Below, piece by piece: positions 56,456 to 64,000 of a DNA stretch of 64,000 bases. A program made the translations under genes and the position numbers. This DNA is from the human T2T-CHM13v2.0 reference genome, Homo sapiens. Numbering within the stretch: the first letter of the stretch is position 1; every line of letters begins with the position of its first letter. The stretch lies in assembly GCF_009914755.1 (NCBI RefSeq), contig NC_060927.1. The stretch is one strand, 5' to 3'. The notes under the pieces are model-generated. The model saw only the letters and a list, made by a program, of their open reading frames with translations, was not told the DNA's origin and did no database searches.

Positions 56456-56569
56456 TGTTAAAATAATTGTGTTAATCATTGTATTCAAAGCCACATTGCA
56501 AACTCTAGAATGTGAGATAACTTTCAATAAATAAGACAACAATATTCTATGATGGAGCAGAATAAGAAT

Positions 56570-56795
56570 CCCAGCTAATATTCATTAATATGCACATTTG
56601 CCATGCACTGGGCTATGTTCTTTAGAGGGATTACCTCCCTTAATCATCACAACAACCTTAAGTGTCAGGTTTCATTATTATCCCATTTAAAAGGAAGAAA
56701 CTGAAGCATTAAAACTGTAGGTACTATGGTGAAGGTCACATAAAGATTAAGTAGTAATCAGACTCCAGAGCAATACCTCTTAATTACTCTGCCAT
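56570..56795 (-). mobile_element. MIR
   Basis: ttaatcatcacaacaacc..attattatcccattt..gaagaaactgaagc..aaggtcaca. Confidence 0.75.
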
Positions 56796-57315
56796 ATTGT
56801 GTTTCCCTGTTGGATACGTTCCCTTTCAGTTGTGAGGTACGGAGTCCTCTTTCAGGTCAAGTCAGCACCATATAACACTAGCAGTATGGTTCGTGGCCCT
56901 GCAGAAATATGAGGTCTTTCAGAGTTATCACATTGAGGTGTAGAGCAGGTAACTCTCCTAATATATGTAATAGAATGGTTGAAAGAAAGACATGACTGAA
57001 CATGGAATGAAGACAGATTTATTTTGGTTCCCCATGAGTGATTCAGCATTTTCAAGGTGAATTTAATATGGAGCATGTTGCCAATTCCGTTTCATTGAAG
57101 ACCTGGTGCCTGAGGCCAAAATCACTTAAGTGAGTCAGGAAAATTTGTCCTTATCATTTTGCATTGGATGTGCCTGTTAAGGATGGAATTGGTCTCTCAC
57201 TTTGATCTTTGGCTCAGGCTGCCTCAGATGGCTTTTGAAGGATCCTCAGTGTACATTCCACTTTCTGTCCTGGAGGTGAGTACATTTTTCTGGCAGTCAA
57301 AAATATTCACTAGAC

Positions 57316-57482
57316 CCTCACTGCTCAAAGTGTAGTCCATGGGCCAGCAACATCAGCATTTCTGGAGAGCTTGTAAGACATGCAGAGTTTCAAGGTCCCG
57401 CCCCAGACCTACTGACTCAGAATTTGCATTTAAACAGTATCTTTAGGTGAATCTGATACCCACTAAGCTTTGAAAAGCAATG
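57316..57482. mobile_element. MER5A
   Basis: ctcaaagtgtagtcc..gcaacatcagcat..ccccagacctactgactcagaa. Flanks cactagac/ttctagac. Confidence 0.8.
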
Positions 57483-57489
57483 TTCTAGA

Positions 57490-58495
57490 CAAATATTTAT
57501 TGAAAACCTTCCATGTGTCATATACTTTTTGAGATTTTTGAGGAGGCCAAGAATCTTTCTGAAATCATAGGGGAGGGTGTACAAGAATCAGGTAAAAAAA
57601 AATTCCAGTTGTTAATAAATGTTATGGAGAAAATAAAACAGAGAGGCTAAGGCTTCTGGGAAGGTTTGTTTAGAATTATCAGGAAGGGCTAAGAGATATC
57701 ATTTGATCTGAGATCTGAATTTCATTCCCTAAATATAAGGGAAGAGGATGCAAAGCCTAAGAGGCAAGAATGAGCCTGAAGTGTCTAGAGAACTGAAAGG
57801 AGGTCTGGGTAGTGAATGAGAGCAGAAGTAATAGAAATTGAAGTCATTCAATTCAACACTTAACCAAACAGACATTATGCACTAGGAGCTGTCCTCGGTG
57901 CTGAATATATTGCAGTCAACAAAACGAAGATCCTGTCCTCATGATGGCTACATCCTAGTAGCTGAACCAGGTAAGTAACAAATGTGAAAATATTCTACAG
58001 CAACTAAAGTAGGATATGAAGATAGAGAGTGATGGGAGGAGTCTTATCTTTGGGAAGGAGTTGGCAAATTATGGTCCACAGGCCATTTACAGTTGGTCTC
58101 CTGTTTCTGTAAATACAATTTTATTAGAACACAGCCAATCGGAAATCATGTATTTACACATTGTCTATAACTGCTTTCATACAACAATGGCAGAGCTGAG
58201 TAGTTGTGGCAGAGATAGTATGGCCCTCAAAGCCTAACATATTGACTATCTGGCTCTTCACAGAAAAAGTTTGCAGACCTCTGTCTTAAGGGATAAAGAG
58301 CATCCACTGGGGATGGGGAAGTGAAAGGGGATGGCTCTTTGAGAAAACAATAGCTGAGTAGAAAGGTAGTCAGGACTCAGATCAAATAGGACCTTTTAAG
58401 TTATGGTGAGGAGTTTGGGTTTTAAGTGTCACAGAATATCATTGGGTAGTTTTAAACAGGGAGTAAAATGATCTAATTGACTTTTAAGGGCTCAC
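57490..58495 (-). mobile_element. L2 fragments hosting MER58A
   Basis: aaatatttattga, ataaatgttatggagaaaataaa, tttgatctgagatctgaa, ttttaaacagggagtaaaatgatct. Confidence 0.6.
58055..58283 (+). mobile_element. MER58A hAT-Charlie
   Basis: ggagttggcaaattatgg..ttttattagaacacagcca..cagaaaaagtttgcagacctctg. Flanks tctttggg/tcttaagg. Confidence 0.88.
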
Positions 58496-60647
58496 TAAGC
58501 AGTTCTAAACACTTGAGTTGCTGCCAATTTTCAGCCAACAAAGGCACCTGGAGATGAGTGCCTAGGTGTTTCCCCTTTGATCTTGGCTCTGTCTAGATGA
58601 CATGGATTTTTGGCCAGAGTAAGAACCAAAAGACACTCAATGCAGAGGCGACAGTCCCCTTTCCCACCCTTGTGTTTTCTAATAGCATTATGATAAATAG
58701 GTCTTTAAATAATTCCTTATGAGTGACTGATTTGGAACAATTCTTTGAAAGGGATGTGGTAATTGAGCCCCAACTCATGTCTACAGAGAATCAAAGCTGC
58801 CTTGTTTTTAGCTTAATGCTATGAATACTTTTGCATGTCTTGGCTGCATTTATTCATTCATCTATTCAGCAAATATTTATTGAGTGCCTATTATGGACAA
58901 GGCCCTGTACTTGGCAATGTAGATGAAAGGGCTATCTTAAAAAGGTCTTATTAAGTGTTGCCAGAAAGATTGAAGAAGTAGCTTTAGGAGAAGTTGCCAG
59001 GTGACTACAACATTTTGAAGGATGAAAGAAATGTAGATTTTCTAAAAGGATTATGGGTTTTATATTTAAAAAAAAATAGAGGTTGAAAGGGAATGTAATT
59101 GAAACCTTTCCAATCCTAAAGGGCATGGGTTCCTTTAACAAATGTAGGAATATTATAATAAGGGTCACACAATAGGATAAGATGTTAAGAGTTCACATGG
59201 CTGACATGCAGCACTTAGCATTTTTCAGATACTGGAAAATGAATTGACTGATTACATCTTCACAATAATTCCATTAATAAGTAATTATTATAAGAATGAT
59301 TAAACAGAAACATAAAAAATTTAAGTGCCTTTTCTAAGATCACACAGCTTATAATGGTAACTTCAGGACTGGAAACCAGATGTGTTTGACCCCTGAGCTG
59401 ATATAAAACATTCCTCATTCAGCTTTCATATCCCAGCCAAGACTTCCAGATTTAAAAAAAAAAAAAAAAAAAAGATTTGGAGCCTGGGGAGGGGAGGAAC
59501 TGGAAGTATTACACTTAATTTTTAAAGCTGATTTTTAAGAAGACAACTGTCTTCCTCTACAGCTCTCCTCTTGGTACCTTTAACAGGGAATGAATTTTGG
59601 CATGATGTGCAAATCTTTATACTGTGTGGCAAAGGGAAGTTAGCTGCGTATGAGTCACTACATTCTCTGGCTCAGAATTAAAAATCCAAGCAGTAAAATT
59701 CCTCCTACTGACCCAGCTAAAGGTAACTGGTGGGTACATGCCAACTCTAGGTATATGATTTACAAAAAATAATGTACAAAACATTAATAAATGTGATGAA
59801 AAAAGTTTGAGAAGCTAATGAATAACAAAGCTAGCTAAAATGTGTTGACTGGTTAATATGATGTCAGTGTTGTTCTAAATGCACTATGTGCATTATGTGC
59901 AACAACTCTAAGAATTATTTATTACTGTCGTGCCTGTTTTCAAGATGAAAGAACTGAGGATTAGAGGCACTGATCATGTAACTCAGAATCAGGTGACAGA
60001 ATCAGGGCTTACCCCCACCTCTGCTGAGTGCAAACAAAGCTAATGCACTTAAGCACTCTCTATTGGGCCAGTGTTATAATTCTCTATGCTGCTGACTGCC
60101 TATTTAATCCATAGACGTATGCCAACCTGAGTTTTCAACCTTTACTCCAACTGACCTGCCAAATCCTTGGCAAGGGGGTCAAGAAAACCCAGATAAAGTG
60201 GGTTAATCTCTCTGATGTGCAACTCCTGATCAGTAGCTCCTGATATGCCTTCAGTGGTGAATTGGAACAAAGCTGACCTTTTTGTCAGTGAATTGGAAAA
60301 TGAGTCAGCCTGAATTACACTCCAGAGGAGGCAATGCCCATTGCAACTCCAGATAGAGCAAGACATACATAGGGAAAAGGAGATTGATTAATTTTAGCCG
60401 TACCATTTTTGTTAATGATGAGTTATGTTAGTGACCACAGAGAAAGAAGAGGTAGCATCTTTTATAGCTAAGCAATAAATAAACCTTTGTAAAATCCATC
60501 TTTATGGCCTCCTTTTATAATGGTTTTATGTGATTGATGTGATGATAAATTTGTACGAATTGGCTGATCCATTCTTTTATCCATCCAACCAATATTTATT
60601 AAGCTCTATGAACTGTGTTCTTGTTTAATATTCTACTTCCTCCAGGT

Positions 60648-60817
60648 CAGTGGTTTTTCAAGTATGGTCCTCAGACCAGTAGCATCGACATTACCTGAGA
60701 ACTTGTTAAAAATGCAGAAACTCAGACTCACCCAAGACTATCAGAATCTACAGTGGGGTTTTGCAATCTGTGTTTTAACAAGCCCTGCAATTGATTATGA
60801 TGCATATTAAATCACTG
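60648..60817. mobile_element. MER5A
   Basis: cagtggtttttcaagtatggtcctcagaccagtagcatc..tgtgttttaacaagccc..cactg. Confidence 0.85.
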
Positions 60818-61459
60818 ATCTAGGCAACTCTTATGCCAGAAAGAATCCCCTAACCATCCTCTTCTCTCCAATTCTAATTGAATCTCTTGAAGGCAAGACC
60901 TTTTTCTCCAGGTCATTGCTGGGTCTCCAGTGCCTAGCAAAAGACTGGGCTCAATCTATGCTCTCAAAACTATTTATGCTGAATGAATTAATAAAGAAAG
61001 ACACGGAGTTACAGATATGTTGAGTACTCTCTGTTTGGTCCATCCGGTTTCATGATTTGTAGAGAGGAGACAAAAGAGCAGAGAGCCGGAAGGACTTGGT
61101 TAAGATATAAACAAAATCATCAGACACATCAGGGTCCCCAGTACTAGTCTAATGCCAATGAACAGAGGATGTAGACAACTTTATTTCTTACCCCTCCTTG
61201 CTTTTGGAGTTTGACACTGTGACCTAAGCCTTTTTAGAGAAATTCAGCAAGATTTTCAAAATAAGCATTTTGATCATGATTTATGGTTAAATAAAGGGCT
61301 CTGACATTGAAGCTTCTAGCCATCTGTTTGTCATACATTTCTACTGAGGACAAAGTAAGTGGTGATGTGTTTTATGTACTGTAAGAGAAAACTTCTTAGA
61401 GAAGAAAAAAAAAATATCTTCCAACAATGAAAAAAGTAACAGGCTGTTTATGAGGCTCA

Positions 61460-61735
61460 CCTATTCATTCATTCATTATTTTATTTACACATTAACAATA
61501 TTTAGTGAGCATCCACTATGTTCCAGGCATTGTGCCAGGTGATGGAGATACATTGGTGAAAAAGACAACCACAAAAAGTGATTAGTTGGAATTAGACAAA
61601 ATCCTATAAAGGAATATTAAATGGTCCTGTGAAGTTTTGTAATATGGGGAAGTAAGCTATTCTGGAAGGGTTAGAGAGGCTACCCTGAGGAATATTTAGT
61701 CTGGGACCTGAAGGATGAGTTGGAATCAGTGAACT
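61460..61735 (-). mobile_element. L2 3' end
   Basis: attcattcattc..gagcatccactatgttccaggcattgtgccagg..ctgggacctgaaggatgagt. Confidence 0.7.
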
Positions 61736-62904
61736 AATCAATGTCCTTTTATTTGAAACATTATAAGTGTTCTCATCAGGATGGCTTATCTGGGTTAGAA
61801 GGAAGGTATAGGCAGAAAGGAATTTGAGGCAAAGGCAAAGTTTGCCATCTGAGCTTTTAGATTTTTCTGGTTACAGCAGTCAGAGGGAGTGAGAACTAAA
61901 GGCAGGATGCGGGCCAAGGTTAGTGCATCTTTTGTTTGTTTATAAAGGCAACCTTGGCATAATGACCATGGTCAAATAATCAATAGCCACATTTTTAAGG
62001 GACAGAGTGTGCTGTGAAAGATAAAGATGATTTGCTTTGACTTTCTATGTCAGCCGGCGCCTTGGTTATCGAAGGTGCCTGGGGACAAAGATATGAGCAT
62101 ACAGACCTGTTCTGCAAATCCACAAAGTCTAGATTCTGCAGAGATCTTGCTTTATTTATTTACTTCAGAGCAAGAGTGTTAAGAGAGGCAGAGGAAATAA
62201 TAAAGGGGAGGGAAGAAAGCCTAATTTTCTCATACTTCTGTCGAAAGACAGACTTGAAAAAAGATTATAATAATTATGCTCAGGAAAGCATGTGGTGTTG
62301 ACAGAGAATAGGACTGGAAGTGGAATGGTAATTATGTCAGATTCAGCTGAAGCATTGTGCAGGTTCTAGAATCCTGGTGCCAGTAACTCAGCTCATTATT
62401 GTACACACTCTGTTTTTCCTGGGGTCAAATGGAACCCAATATAATTCTAGGCAATTAATACCTGTTACAATAGAGTTTGACCATAATATGGTCATGTCCT
62501 GTGCACCAGTACTACAATTATTCAAGAAGGTTATGTGACTATTTGTTTGCACTTACAATTAGTGATAACTTCATAATTAGGGATAATCTTCTAACCACTG
62601 CAGTGTAGACAGCTGAGTGTTATGGTCAGGAGACAGGCTGAAGTTAATTGACAAGAAAATGTTTAGCTTCTTGAAGGCAAGGATGATAGCTTTTTATTTT
62701 CTGTGCCTTTTGCACCCAGAACACTGGTTGGCACTTGGGAGGCAGAGAATTTGGAGGCAGAGAATTTGGAAGAGGAAAGCATGGTGGGCAGGGTGAAGAA
62801 GGAGGAAGAAAAGGAAGGAAGGAAGAAAGGGAGGAAAGAAAGCTGATCTGAGCTCTAGACCAGTGGTTCTCAATTCTAGCTACATATTAGAATCACCTAG
62901 GGAG

Positions 62905-64000
62905 TTTTCTGTTTTAGGTTTTAGAGTGTAACACACACAAACAGAAGTACCCACATTGTCAGTGTGCAGCTTGATTGACACATCACAAGAAACAGAACAC
63001 CACTGGCATCTCAGAAGCTCCTCATGTGTCCCTTTCCAGTCACTACCCCAAGTAAAGGATAACTACTCTCTGGAATTCCAACACTACATATGAGTTTTGG
63101 CTGTTTTTGAAATTTATGTCACTGCCGTAATACAGAATATATTCTTCGATGTCTGGCTTCTTTCACTCGACATTTTGTTTGAGATTTTTTCGTTTTGTTG
63201 TATGTATATTAGCATGTTTATTCTCATTGTTTATAGTGTTCCTATGTGTGAGTATAAAACATATCCATTCTACTCTTGATAGGCAGGGAATTGGTTCCTT
63301 TTTCATTTTTGACTGTTTCGAATAGTACTATGGTGAATATTTTTGGGCATGTCTTTTGGTGTGCATAGGGACATTTGTATTGGGGATGTATTTCTGTTGG
63401 GAGTGGAATTTCTAGGTCACAGGGCATGTATGTGTTCAGCTTTAACATATATTGGCAGTTACTTTTCCAAAGTGGTTATAACCACAGTACATGTGTACTT
63501 CTGGTGTGTAAGAGTTTCACTTGTTCCATATCTTGTTCATACTTGGTTTTGCATGTCTGTCATTGCCATCATTTTGGTAGGTGTGTTACTAGTATTACTT
63601 GGTAGTTTTAAGGTGCATTTGCTTGATGATTAATGAAGTTGAGTACCTTTTCCTGTGCCTATTGATCATTTGTTTAACCACTGTTTTAAAATCATTACTC
63701 TAGTCTTTTGTCCAATATTCCTTTGAGATTTTTGTCTTTTTCTTCTTGATTTGTAGGAGTTCTTAATACATTGTGAATATAAGTCTTTGTTGGATATATG
63801 TATTGTAAATCTCCTCTCTCACTCTAAGACTTGTTTTTTCACTTAATGCTATATTATGACGAAAAGACCTTCTTAAGTTTAATATAATCTTCTTCATCAG
63901 ATTTTTCCTTTCTGGTAGAGCTTTTAGTGTATATTCATGAAATTTTTACCTATTCTAAGGTCATAGATATATGATCTTACCTTTTTTTCCCCAAAGCTTT
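62905..64000 (-). mobile_element. Ancient L1M (L1MC/MD/ME-type) 3' region, preceded by a MER5 end at 62861-62905
   Basis: gtctggcttctttcactc..ggagtggaatttctaggtca..ttcttcttgatttgtaggagttct. ORF fragment YMPCDLEIPL resembles the L1 ORF2 C-terminus. Confidence 0.8.

Noticed and set aside
57966-57976. Perfect donors CAG|GTAAGT (also ~22506)
   Set aside because: Both lie in repeat fossils with no convincing upstream acceptor; a few are expected by chance.
60293-60307. TGGAAAA-TGAGTCA as an NFAT:AP-1 composite
   Set aside because: Spacing is about 2 nt shorter than the canonical composite; counted only as an AP-1 site.

Overview
This is non-coding primate (human-like) genomic DNA, AT-rich and dominated by interspersed repeats. 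It carries a near full-length older L1PA and a 5'-truncated L1PA4-like element, about 11 Alu/FRAM copies, a two-LTR THE1D MaLR element with a rearranged 5' LTR, and solo THE1, MLT1 and ERVL LTRs. DNA-transposon fossils (MER30, Tigger3, Tigger4, MER5, MER58A, MER117, MER102) and many MIR/L2 relics fill much of the rest. I found no host protein-coding gene, RNA gene, CpG island or CRISPR array. Every long or recognisable ORF traces to L1, Alu, LTR or low-complexity sequence. I see no support for a new biological system. The best leads are (i) a reconstructable nested Alu + L1 + deletion event in the THE1D LTR, (ii) template-switch-like palindromes, (iii) a recurrent overlapping AP-1/TEAD motif with AP-1 clusters suggesting an enhancer landscape, and (iv) a few candidate lncRNA splice signals. 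Subfamily calls come from remembered consensus features, not a database search, and boundaries of old repeats are approximate.
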